A model generated the notes under the pieces. The model ran no database searches, was not told the DNA's origin, and worked only from the letters and a program-made list of their open reading frames with translations. Below are positions 38,249 through 49,845 of a stretch of 64,000 nt of DNA, piece after piece (within the stretch, counting starts at the first letter, position 1; each line of letters opens with the position of its first letter). The translations under genes and the position numbers were made by a program. Source of the DNA: Octopus vulgaris (Eukaryota); the NCBI GenBank assembly GCA_951406725.2, contig OX597838.1:9052001-9116000 (forward strand). The letters run 5' to 3'.

Positions 38249-38338
38249 CTGAAATGAAAAAAAAAATGAATAAATAAAAGGAACATAATTAAAATTGGAA
38301 AGATATGAGAAAAAGGGATCATCATCGTTTTTATGTCA

Positions 38339-39195
38339 ACTGGCTTCCGTGCCGGTGGCACGTAAAAAGCACCATCCGAACGTGGCCGATGCCAGCGCCG
38401 CCTCGACTGGCTTCTGTACCGGTGGCACATAAAAAGAACCATCCGAACGTGGCCGATGCCAGCGCTGCCTCAACTGGCTTCCGTGCCGGTGGCACGTAAA
38501 AAGCACCATCCGAACGTGGCCGATGCCAGCGCCGCCTCGACTGGCTTCTGTACCGGTGGCTCGTAAAAAGCACCATCCAAAGGTGGCCAATGCCAGCGCT
38601 GCCTCAACTGGCTTCTGTGCCGGTGGCACGTAAAAAGCACCATCCGAACGTGGCCGATGCCAGCGCTGCCTCAACTGGCTTCTGTGCCGGTGGCTCGTAA
38701 AAAGCACCATCCGAACGTGGCCGATGCCAGCTCCGCCACAACTGGCTTCTGTGCCGGTGGCTCGTAAAAAGCACCATCCAAACGTGGCCGATGCCAGCGC
38801 TGCCTCAACTGGCTTCTGTGCCGGTGGCTCGTAAAAAGCACCATCCGAACGTGGCCGATGCCAGCTCCGCCACAACTGGCTTCTGTGCCGGTGGCTCGTA
38901 AAAAGCACCATCCAAACGTGGCCGATGCCAGCGTCGCCTAGACTGGCTTCCGTGCCGGTAGCACATTAAAAGCACCAGCCGATCGTGGCCACTGCCAGAC
39001 TCCCTTGGCACCTGTGCCAGTGGCACGTAAAAAGCACCCACTACACTCACGGAGTGGTTGGCGTTAGGAAGGGCATCCAGCTGTAGAAACACTGCCAGAT
39101 CAGACTGGAGCCTGGTGCAACCCCCTGGCTTCCCAGACCCCGGTCGAACCATCCAATCCGTGCTAGCGCGGAAAACGGACGTTAAATGATGATGA
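38339..39195 (+). repeat. Family D element with a 67-bp GC-rich minisatellite (about 10 units)
   Basis: Unit starts at 38339, 38406, 38473 ... 38942 (exact period 67), then the standard D tail. Confidence 0.95.
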
Positions 39196-39380
39196 TTTTC
39201 AGACTTACTTTGTCCAGCCCAAATATTCTACCTGTTTTGTGTTAAAACTAGCCAGAACCGGCCTCTCACACCTACCCTACAATGTCATTCTAGTAATAAG
39301 CAATCACATCATTGAAATCTTAAAGCTATGAAGTAATGCATGATTAATTCAAAACAATGTGAATATATAAGCAATACATA

Positions 39381-39790
39381 TAGGCACAGTAGTGGCTGTG
39401 TGGTAAGTAGCTTGTTTACCAACCACATAGTTCCGGGTTCAGTCCCACTGCGTGGCAACTTGGGCAAGTGTCTTCTACTATAGCCTCGGGCCGACCAAAG
39501 CCTTGTGAGTGGATTTGGTAGACGGAAACTGAAAGAAGCCCGTCATATATATGTATATATATATATGCGTGTGTGTGTTTGTGTGTCTGTGTTTGTCCCC
39601 CTAGCATTGCTTGACAACCGATGCTGGTGTGTTTATGTCCCCGTCACTTAGCGGTTCGGCAAAAGAGATGACCGATAGAATAAGTACTGGGCTTACAAAA
39701 GAATAAGTCCCGGGGTCGAGTTGCTCGACTAAAGGCGGTGCTCCAGCATGGCCGCAGTCAAATGACTGAAACAAGCAAAAGAGTAAAAGA
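39381..39790 (+). mobile_element. SINE family B copy
   Basis: Consensus match. Confidence 0.9.
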
Positions 39791-40246
39791 GTACATTCGA
39801 CAGAGTAATCTGGATGCTGAACGGTTAAATAAAGACGAAACTGAAAAAACAAACGTTAGAGTAAGAAGGGAGGTAATTCAGAACGTCATCCCTCCGCTTT
39901 GTAACGAAATGTTTATGAATTGAAACCTTTACGGAAACACAACTGATTTTTTACACGGAGCTTTCGAAAGGTAAGAACCAAAATACTTCTTCGAGTGGTG
40001 ATTCCTGGACAAAAGGGTACCCTTAAGGTTTCCACAAATAGGTGCAGGCATGGCCATGATAAGAGGCTTACTTCACAACCACACGGTTTTGTGTTCGTAC
40101 AACCCATTGGTCTGTTACAAAAAATGCTGCACCATATGCATAAAAAAAATGCATAAAGGCGGTGCTCCAGCATGGCCACAGTCAAATGACTGAAACGAGT
40201 AAAAGAGTAAAGAGTATACAATGGGATATCACACGTATGTAACTTA

Positions 40247-41022
40247 AGGTGGTCAGCCGGCAGAAACGTTAGAGCCCCAGGCGAAATGCTTAGCGGTATT
40301 TCGTCTGCTGCTACGTTCTGAGTTTAAATTTCGCCGAGGTCGACTTTGCCTTTCATCCTTTCGGGGTCGATTAAATAAGTACCAGTTACGCACTGGAGTC
40401 GATATAATCGACTTAATCTGTTTGTCTGTCCTTGTTTGTCCTCTCTGTGTTTAGCCCCTTGTGGGTAGTAAAGAAATAGGTATTTCGTCTGGTACTACGT
40501 TCTGAGTTCAAATTCCGCCAAGGTCGACTTTGCCTTTCATCCTTTTGGGGTCGATTAAATGAGTACCAGTTACGCACTAGGGTCGATATAATTGACTTAA
40601 TCCGTTTGTCTATCCTTGTTTGTCCCCTCTGTGTTTACCCCCTTGTGGGTAATAAAGAAATAGGTATTTTGTCTGCTGCTACGTTCTGAGTTCAAATTCC
40701 GCCGAGGTCGATTTTGCCTTTCATCCTTTTGGGGTCGATTAAATGAGTACCAGTTACGCACTAGGGTCGATATAATTGACTTAATCCGTTTGTCTGTCCT
40801 TGTTTGTCCCCTCTGTGTTTACCCCCTTGTGGGTAATAAAGAAATAGGTATTTCGTCTGCTGCTACGTTCTGAGTTCAAATTCCGCCGAGGTCGACTTTG
40901 CCTTTCATCCTTTCGGGGTCGATTAAATAAGTACCAGTTACGCACTGGGGTCGATTATAATCGACTTAATCCGCTTGTCTGTCCTCTCTGTGTTTAGCCC
41001 CTTGTGGATAGTAAAGAAATAG
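40247..41022 (+). mobile_element. SINE family A tetramer (one head plus four 184-bp bodies)
   Basis: Units at 40297, 40481, 40665 and 40849; single 12-bp TSD GTATGTAACTTA (40235-40246 / 41023-41034). Confidence 0.93.
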
Positions 41023-41401
41023 GTATGTAACTTATGTCTAGAAGAAATTCTGAAATCATCACATCCAGGGAAAACGTGATAAAGAGACACTCCAAGGTGA
41101 TCATACCATGGAGACATAAAAGCAAAACATCATTTCTGGAATTTGAGAAAAACATTTTGAAATAGAATAACATCGACAACCCTTAGCATATTATAAAACA
41201 AGGAATACAAACAAACCAACCAACCAACCAACCAATATTTAAGATGCTATACACTATATCACTGTACCACCAGAAACAATTAAAAGGTGACCCTAAGAAA
41301 GTATCATTTATCAATTCAGACACTGAACTCCAACAGCTGATGGCCAGAGGGGATGTACCTACTGACCTGTTTACTTCTGACTTCATTGGAGACAATCATT
41401 C

Positions 41402-41819
41402 AGATCTTTTCGCTTTGACCGGCAGTTTTTTAAAATAATTTCTAGGTAACAAAAAAATTTTAAACTTCGTATACTGGTAGAATGTGTTTATAAAACATCT
41501 TTTTCTCTTGGCTTTATTGAGAAAATTCTATAGTTTGTAAGCTATTTGTTGTTTAATTTCTTGCATTTCGGCAATTTCAACCAATCAATGACGCCTATTG
41601 AGGTGAAAACATTATGTGCCGTATGAATATGTCCCTCGTTTAAGAAACAGATTGGGTTTATTTACATTTCTGAAGAAAAAAAGATACCCTTCCCCCCACC
41701 CCTAACCCTAACCCTAACACAGATTGAAATGCAATAGATCGATACTGGGGTCATAATTATGGGTGACAATTTCATATGACACCGCTAGAAAAAAACTGCC
41801 GTTCAAACCGAAAAGATCC
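41402..41819. mobile_element. MITE with ~30-bp TIRs, 8-bp TSD and internal (CCCTAA)3
   Basis: AGATCTTTTCGCTTTGACCGGCAGTTTTTT ... AAAAAACTGCCGTTCAAACCGAAAAGATCC; TSD AATCATTC/AGTCATTC. Confidence 0.85.
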
Positions 41820-42052
41820 AGTCATTCTTTAAATGAGACCAAACAAAGGAATATATGACCCAACCCTGACATCTGCAGACTGACTACCAAAATATGTCCA
41901 ACATCACCACATGCCCCCCCCCCATTCCCCATATAATTACCATTCCTTCCTCTCTTTCCATCAAATTCCCCTCCTCCCCACCAAATACCCATGTAACTCA
42001 GCCATCCTTCGCCCTGGTCAAAGGGGATAAACATCCCTCAAGCAAACATCCA

Positions 42053-42538
42053 TTAACCCTTTCGTTACCTTATTTATTTTGAGATGCTCTGTATTTCTTT
42101 CAATTACTTTAAATATAACAAAGAACTTAGTAAAATAACTTGGTTATCATTAAGTTTGTGGTAGGAGCATAAATTGTGACTAAAGTTTGATGGAAGATTT
42201 TAATTCAGAACTTTTGAAAACAAGATATTTGTACTACAGAGCCAGAGGCAGTTTCAGCCGGGTCGGTAACGAAAGGGTTATTGTTATACCACCTGAAGAA
42301 ATGGATCCATTAACCCTTTCGTTACCAACCCGGCTGAAACCGGCACTGGCTCTGTAGTACAAATGTCTTGTTTTCAAAAATTCTAAATTAAAATCTTCCA
42401 CCAAACTTTAGTCACAATTAATGTTCCTAACACTAGCTTAATAATAACTAAATTATTTTACTAAATTCTTTGTTATATTTGAAGTAATTGAAAGAAACAC
42501 AGAGCATCTCAAAATAAATGTGGTGACAAAAGGGTTAA
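42053..42538. mobile_element. Two piggyBac-type MITEs (~221 bp each) in inverted orientation
   Basis: TTAA-CCCTTTCGTTACC ... GGTAACGAAAGGG-TTA; copies at 42057-42277 and 42314-42534. Confidence 0.88.
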
Positions 42539-42669
42539 GATGATCTACCCAACGCCAACGGATACTAGGGACTATATTGTAATCATCCCAGAAATACGGA
42601 CTGTGGCGTCTAACGATGCAGTAAATGTTTATAAATGCCATCCAAGGTTTGTTATTATTATTATTATTC

Positions 42670-43077
42670 TCTTTACTCTTTTAACTCTTTTACTTGTTTC
42701 AGTCATTTGACTGTGGCCATGCTGGAGCACCGCCTTTAGTCGAGCAAATCAACCCCGGGACTTATTCTTTTGTAAGCCTAGTACTTATTCTATCGGTCTC
42801 TTTTGCCGAACCGCTAAGTGACGGGGACGTAAACACACAAGCATCGGTTGTCAAGCAATGCTAGGGGGACAAACACAGACACACACACTTATATATATAT
42901 ATATACATATATACGACGAGCTTCTTTCAGTTTCCGTCTACCGAATCCACTCACAAGGCATTGGTCTGCCCGGGGCTATAGCAGAAGACACTTGCCCAAG
43001 ATGCCACGCAGTGGGACTGAACCCGGAACCATGTGGTTGGTTAGCAAGCTACTTACCACACAGCCACTCCTGCGCCT
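42670..43077 (-). mobile_element. SINE family B copy
   Basis: Consensus match. Confidence 0.9.
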
Positions 43078-43082
43078 AACTA

Positions 43083-43130
<48 letters not shown>

Positions 43131-43779
43131 AATATTTATCCTACCCTATATCGGTACCGCTCGATGCAACCCCCAAAAATTGGTTCACCAGTCAGCATCA
43201 TTGGACTGTGGCCAGCATAATGGAATGGGAGCTTTATTTGTATCATCATCATCATCATCATCGTTTAACGTCCGCTTTCCATGCTGGCATGGGTTGGACG
43301 GTTCAACTGGGGTCTGGGAAGCCAGAAGGCTGCACCAGGCCCAGTCTGATCTGGCAATGTTTCTACGGCTGGATGCCCTTCCTAACGCCAACCACTCCGT
43401 GAGTGTAGTGGGTGCTTTTTATGTGCCACCTGCACAGGTGCCAGACGAGGCTGGCAACGGCCACGCTTGGATGGTGCTTTTTACGTGCCACCGTCAAAAC
43501 ATTTCCTGCAGACGAATTTAAAAGGTATAGATATGTGTGTGTGTGTCTTTGTTCCCCACAACCACTTGACAACCAGTATAGGTGTATTTTCATCTCCATA
43601 ACTTAGCAGTTCAGCAAAAGAAACCAATATAATAAGTCCTGGGGGGTCGGTTCATTCAACTAAAAATTCTTCAAGGCAGTGCCCCAGCATGGCCACAGTC
43701 AAATGACAAGTAAAAGATAAAAGAAATTTAACAAAAACAAAAAAGAAATAACCCCTCCACTTACTTCCACTGTACTTAC

Positions 43780-43882
43780 ATCATGTGATGCTCTTGTAAT
43801 CTCAGCTAATTTCTCGTTTGCTTGTCTTTCGGCCATTCTGGCTTTGACAACCTCTTGCTTCAGCTGTTCAGCCTGACTAGCT
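43780..43882 (-). CDS. NF2: Merlin exon (human exon 13); 3' end at 43780 or 43765
   Basis: TTGCAG acceptor, phase 2. (R)ASQAEQLKQEVVKARMAERQANEKLAEITRASHD[VSTVE]. Two in-frame GTAAGT donors. Confidence 0.92.
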
Positions 43883-45051
43883 CTGCAACAGAACATGGAA
43901 TAAACATCTCATAAAAACCTTGATGAGTTGGAGACAAATAAAACTTTAAAACCATTTCGTGTTTAAACTGACCACATCTGGCTCAAATATTCTAATTGTT
44001 TTATGTTCAAGCCGGTCAGATCCAGCCTCTCTCACCTACCCTGTAATGTCATTCTAAGTAAAAAAAAATATATTAACCTCACAGAAATCTCAAAGCTACA
44101 AGATACCTTTAAAGTGTTGGGCCTCATGGAAGCAAATTGGCCGATGCTGGTGACACATGAAAAGCTCCTTTCAAGTGTTGGGCCTTACAAAGGCGATGAT
44201 GAATGACCAAGACCTTTGGCATTATGTCATGCTTGAGAAGAAGACCCTTGAAGCCAAGCAAAATCACAATCGTTGCAGATAGTGGTGTCATGCAACGGAC
44301 ACCCGTGGTGGTGGCACATAAAAGCACCCATTACACTCTCAGAATGGCTGGTGTTAGAAAGGGCATCCAGCCATAGAAACTATGCCAAATCAGACTGGAG
44401 TTTGGTGCAGCCTTCCAGCTTGCCAGCCCTGGTCAAACCGTCCAACCCAAGCCAGCATGGACAACGAACGGTAAACGATGATGATGATGATGACGATCAA
44501 AATCTTGAAAGCTATGAGATAATGCATTATTAATTGAAAACAATGTGATTAAATAAGCATTACATCATCATCATCATCATTGTTTAGCGTCCGCTTTCCA
44601 TGCTAGCATGGGTTGGACAGTTCAACTGGGGTCTAGGAAGCCAGGAGGCTGCACCAGGCTCCAGTCTGATCTGGCAATGTGTCTACAGCTGGATGCTCTT
44701 CCTAATGCCAACCACTCCGTGATTGTAGTGGGTGCTTTTTACGTGCCACCGGCACAGGTGCCAGGGGAGTCTGGCAGCGGTCACGATTGGTTGGTGCTTT
44801 TTACGTGCCACCGGCATTTGACAGAATAATGTGAATGCCTGACAGGTTAAGATATTGAATCAGCCACCAACAAAATGTTTAACCCCTTGTACCTTTATAC
44901 CTTAATCCTAACACTGCCTCTGATATGGATACTTAACTATCAATGGTCCAGTCTTACAATTGGGGGAAGAAGTACAAAGCAAGGTGGACAGATAGAATTT
45001 ATTTGCAGCTTCAAACTATTGAATCAATGCCTGACTGACCATTGCAGAGCT

Positions 45052-45279
45052 CAATCCTTCAGCATTTAAACCGGCCATATCCGGCCAAAAGTATTCTGCC
45101 TGTTTTATGTTCAAACTGGCCAGATCTGGTCTCTCACACCAACCCTACAATATCGTTTGAAAAATTAACAGCTACCTCATCAAAATCTCATAGTTACAAG
45201 ATAATGCATGATTAGTTCAAAACAATGTGGATAAAGAAGCATTAATTTTGGCAGAATAATGTGAACACTAAAGGGTTAA
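45052..45279. mobile_element. piggyBac-type MITE, second family (related pieces at ~34347-34570, ~39200, ~43950 and ~57305)
   Basis: Ends in CTAAAGGG-TTAA; the internal CTCTCACACC(T/A)ACCCTACAAT motif is shared among copies. Confidence 0.65.
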
Positions 45280-45415
45280 ATCTCCATTTCAGTTAAAATT
45301 TGAATTGAATAAACAGTTCCAACCAGGTGTCAAAATGCTTCTGAATTCACTAAAACCATTGAAAACCAGTGAACTTCAGCACAGCAGTCTTATTTTTCGT
45401 ACTGGTATTGAACGA

Positions 45416-45665
45416 AGGCGGCGAGCTGGCAGAATCGTTAGCACGCCGGGCGAAATGCTTAGCGGTATTTCGTCTGTCGTTACGTTCTGAGTTCAAATTC
45501 CGCCGAGGCCAACTTTGCCTTTCATCCTTTCGGGGTCGATTAAATAGGTACCAGTTATACACTGGGGGTTGATGTAATCAACTTAATCCGTTTGTCTGTT
45601 CTTGTTTGTCCCCGCTATATTTAGCCCCCCCCCTTCCTCAGCCCATGTGGGCAATAAAGAAATAA
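45416..45665 (+). mobile_element. SINE family A copy (others at ~47617, 50438, 53644, 58408 and 60661 on the minus strand)
   Basis: Consensus match. Confidence 0.88.
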
Positions 45666-45824
45666 ATATTGCTCAAGAGAACTTGATGAAAGTCTTGGAG
45701 TTTGTGAACATCACAATTGCAATATATTTGGTTTGGAACGAATTCTTTGGTTTTTTTTTCTTCTTCTCAGAATAAATTTTTGTTAGGAATAAACTTGGAA
45801 CAATTGAAACATTTTCAATCTCAC

Positions 45825-45910
45825 CTTCGACCAGAATCTTCCAACAGCGTTGCTGCCATCATCTCGGCTTCCCTTGCTCGACATTCCATCAGCATGCGTT
45901 CCTCGTCACT
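45825..45910 (-). CDS. NF2: Merlin exon (3' part of human exon 12)
   Basis: TTCCAG / GTGAGA, 86 bp, phase 0/2. SDEERMLMECRAREAEMMAATLLEDSGR(R). Confidence 0.93.
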
Positions 45911-47023
45911 CTGGAATCACAGATGGTTTGTAAGATGAGTGAATGGAAGAATTCAAAAAGAGACAACACCCAGAAATAAGGGAGAAAATTACAAGCAGAT
46001 AATACGGGAAACCAAGCTTAACTGTTTAGCTGAGGAATTAAATTTCACGGCACGTAAAAAGCACCAACCGATCGTGGCCGTTGCCAGCCTCCCCCTGGCA
46101 CCTGTGCTGGTGGCACGTAAAAAGCACCAACCGATCGTGGCTGTTGCCAGCCTCCCCTGGCACGTAAAAAGCACCAACCGATCATGGCCCTTGCCAGCCT
46201 CCCCTGGCACCTGTGCTGGTGGCACGTAAAAAGCACCAACCAATTGTGGCCGTTGCCAGCCTCCCCTGGCACCTGTGCTGGTGGCACGTAAAAAGCACCC
46301 ACTACACTCACAGAGCGGTTGGTGTTAGGAAGGGCATCCAGCTGTAGAAACACTGCCAGATCAGACTGGAGCCTGGTGCAGCCTCCTGGCTTCCCAGATC
46401 CCCAGTCGAACCGTCCAACCCATGCTAGCATGGAAAGCGGACGTTAAATGAGGATGATGATGATGATTAACCCAATGACGATGTTAAATATCGACTAAAA
46501 AATAGGAGAATCGGTGCTTTTCTGCAAGTCATGTTGTCTCAATAAACTTGAATAAACTTCCCTGAAAACTACATTAAGGGTACATGTATCTGCAGAGAGA
46601 CTCAGCCATTATGCACATTGATTTCCAAGAGCAGGCTCAAATATTGATTGGGTCACCTGGAACGTTTGTTGTTGTAGCTGGTGAAATGCCAGGCTGGGGA
46701 GGTAACAGAAACTATTTGCTGCTTCCAGGGATTCTCCTGGGCATCAGAGAGTTATCTATTTCTGTTGAACTTGTGATGCTCATGTGTATCTGTCACACAT
46801 AAATGTTTAACGACAGGTGTAAATAAGTTCAAAGATGCCGACGACCGCTTTGTTCAAAGTCTCCCTTGACCTCAAGTGGCCTGAACTCTTTACATGAACA
46901 CCACCCTGTACTTAACTCCATGTCCCCCTACATGGCCTTGCTTTTTGCTTTTGAGCCAAAAAATTAACTAACTAACTAACAAAACATGAGAATATGGCCC
47001 CCGAAGGTCCTTGAAAGACTCAC

Positions 47024-47155
47024 TTTCATTGCAGAGATCTTGATACGTTGGATTTCGGCATCGACTTCGGCAGATTTCCTTCTGAGTAACACAGCTTCTT
47101 CTTCTGCAATTCGAGCCTTTTCTGCAAGTAAATCGGCAGATTCTTCAGACCGCAT
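47024..47155 (-). CDS. NF2: Merlin exon (5' part of human exon 12)
   Basis: AACAG / GTGAGT, 132 bp. [44 protein letters not shown]. Confidence 0.95.
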
Positions 47156-48849
47156 CTGTTAATGAACGAGATTTAATTAGAATCAAGTGACAACTCCAAC
47201 AGTAGAAATCAAAGAAACAAAAAGATAAAAAAAAAAGAAGGAAGTAAATTAAAAAAGGATGGTAAACAAAATTAATTACACAGTTTTGTGTTGATTAAGT
47301 GACTCAGAGGGGTGCAATGACTCTGTAGAATGGGGGTGGGTGGGAGGGAGATGGCAACATTGGAAATAATTAACGATCAAGAATGTTTTTGTGAATGTTA
47401 TGTTAAAAGACCCTGCCATACAGCAAGTTTTAGGAAACATCTATAGAATTATGAATGTTTAAATCCTTTGAAAGGCCAAATGTGATGTTTCGAAGACTCC
47501 CTGTAAGGGATTCCCTTCTCTGCTGTTGTACAGCTGCAGTGAAGAAGTTTGCATTATCATCATCATCATCATCATCATCATCACCACCACCATCATCTCC
47601 TTCCTTCAATATCTAATTCTTTACTACCCACAAGGGGCTAAATACAGAGAGGACAAACCAGGACAGACAAATGGATTAAGTCGATTACATCGACCCCAGT
47701 GCGTAACTGGTACTTAATTTTTCGACCCCGAAAGGATGAAAGGCAAAGTCGACCTCGGCAGAATTTGAACTCAGAACGTAACGGCAGATGAAATACCGCT
47801 TAGCATTTCGCCCGGGGCGCTAACGTTTCTTCCAGCTCTCTTCCTTCAATATCTGTGTTCCAATACTGGTATGGGTTGGACTGCAGTGTTCCACTGTCTA
47901 CACTGGCATGGTCTCTACAGCTGGGCACCTTTCCTGATGCCGACCACTTTATACAGAGTGTACCTGGTGCTTTCTATGTGGCACCGGCACTAGCAGGGTC
48001 ACTAAGTAACTTGTGAGACAAAGACCCCTGAATTGGGAGGTGGGGTGGGGAAAGTATAATTGGGGTAATTTGGCTTTGTGCCAGGTGAGCCACCGCAACA
48101 ACAGTGGCGACAACGACAACAACAACAACAACAATAATCTTTTGAGTGAGTTGGGCTACTCAACCTGAAGAAAATTCTAACTGGGTCACACCTGCAAGGC
48201 CATGCACTGTTAATCTTGATACGAGATCACCATGTCGCACACATGTGGTCGTGATGCATGTGCCTGGTGAACTCTTATCAGATAGGTTAGTCATGATGAG
48301 TATACTGGGCTTTGTATATTTTACTCCAGTGTCACTTTGATGGCATGCACTGCTCTCTCACTCAATAATAATATTCATAATAATAAGGTATAAAAGATGG
48401 GCTACAGCAAAAATTCTGCTGAATACCTCAGATTTGCTTGTCTGTTGCTTGACCATAACCAGTTGAGCATGTCCCTTAGTGGCTGACGATATGTGCATCT
48501 CTGATCACGAGCAGAAGTAGTGGGGGAGCATCATAGCCATGTGTTGAGAAGGATTCTTTGGGGTTTAAATAACTCACCTCTGGAAACATGGGTGTTTTGT
48601 TCAACATCCTTAAACAACCCTTATTCAGTGACCTTTTGAGCAGAATAGGCTACTCGACCTGAAGAAAATTCTAACCGGGCCCCTACCTGCAAGGCCATGC
48701 ACTGTTAATCTTGTGCACAGATGGTTGTGATGCATGTGCCTGGTGTACCCTTATCAGATGGGTAGTCATGATGAGTATACTGGGCTTCATATATTTTACC
48801 CTAATGTCACTTTAATGGTATGCACTGCCCTCTTACTCAATAACAATAA

Positions 48850-49220
48850 TCTCTATATATATAAACTGCAAAATGTCTGTCTGTGTGAGTGTGTCCTTTA
48901 TACAAATCCACAATTTTTCAGTTAGAGGGCTCGCACTTACTATAGTCATTCAAAACCGTCCAAGGGTGGTCGTGTACATCTTTACATTTCCCCAGTCACC
49001 CCGCAAAGCCATTAAAAAAATCAATAGAAGTGACTTTTTTGTGAATTTTCTATCCAAAACCCAATCAAAATGCCTGAAACTTGATACGCCAATTGAATGC
49101 CAGCTAGTTGTATGTGATTGGTCGGAGATTTGGACAGTACTCGCGTGTATGTGTGCATGCACGCAGCTGTATATGCATGCACTAGCATTATGACCCGGCG
49201 TTGCTGGGTCATAGTGCTAG
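48850..49220 (+). mobile_element. Non-autonomous Helitron
   Basis: A|TC start, subterminal hairpin ATGACCCGGC-GTT-GCTGGGTCAT, CTAG|T end. Confidence 0.85.
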
Positions 49221-49222
49221 TA

Positions 49223-49255
<33 letters not shown>

Positions 49256-49272
49256 TGGAATTCTAACATTAC

Positions 49273-49395
49273 CAATGCTTCGTGTGCGTTTCGCATTTCC
49301 TCCTGCAAAGCAAGTAATTTTCTTTCCAGTTCTTGTTTTTCACGCATGGCTTCTTCTTTTAACTGTTTCTCTCGTGCAAGTCGTGTGCGGTCAAG
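49273..49395 (-). CDS. NF2: Merlin exon (human exon 11), helical domain
   Basis: TTTCAG / GTAATG, 123 bp. LDRTRLAREKQLKEEAMREKQELERKLLALQEEMRNAHEAL. Confidence 0.95.
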
Positions 49396-49635
49396 CTGAA
49401 AGACAAAGTATTCAGTAAAAGTGTAACTATCACAGCTAGAACCGAGCAATCGTTGTTTTGGGCCAGGTTTTTAAATGAAAGAATATTCAAAATGGTAAAA
49501 ACAGTTGTCAGACCTATAAGGCAATTGTATTCAGGATTTCAATATGGCAATAATTTCAACTTCTAATCCCTAGAAATGCATCTGTATGCCCTCCAAAAAC
49601 TAAAAATTTTTATTCCACCAACGATGTAATATATC

Positions 49636-49845
49636 GTGACGTATATTTGCCATTTAAATATGGCTAACCCCTAAGGGTGGATGCTACTGTAGTTTGTAGC
49701 CCCAGGAGGACACCTCCTCCAGCTGGCTTTAGGGCACAGAAAGTGTGTCTAAAGCCAGCTGGAGGAGGTGTCCTCTTGGGGCTACAAGCTACAGTAGCAT
49801 CCACCCTTAGGTGTTAGCCATATTTAAATGGCAAATATACGTCAC
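49636..49845. repeat. Near-perfect 210-bp palindrome (fold-back/MITE-like) in a merlin intron
   Basis: ~102-bp arms, GAAAG loop, about 4 mismatches and one bulge. Confidence 0.93.

Noticed and set aside
38339-39010. CRISPR-like array
   Set aside because: Whole 67-bp units repeat with no unique spacers, there are no cas genes, and the context is a eukaryotic intron; it is a minisatellite in a retroelement UTR.
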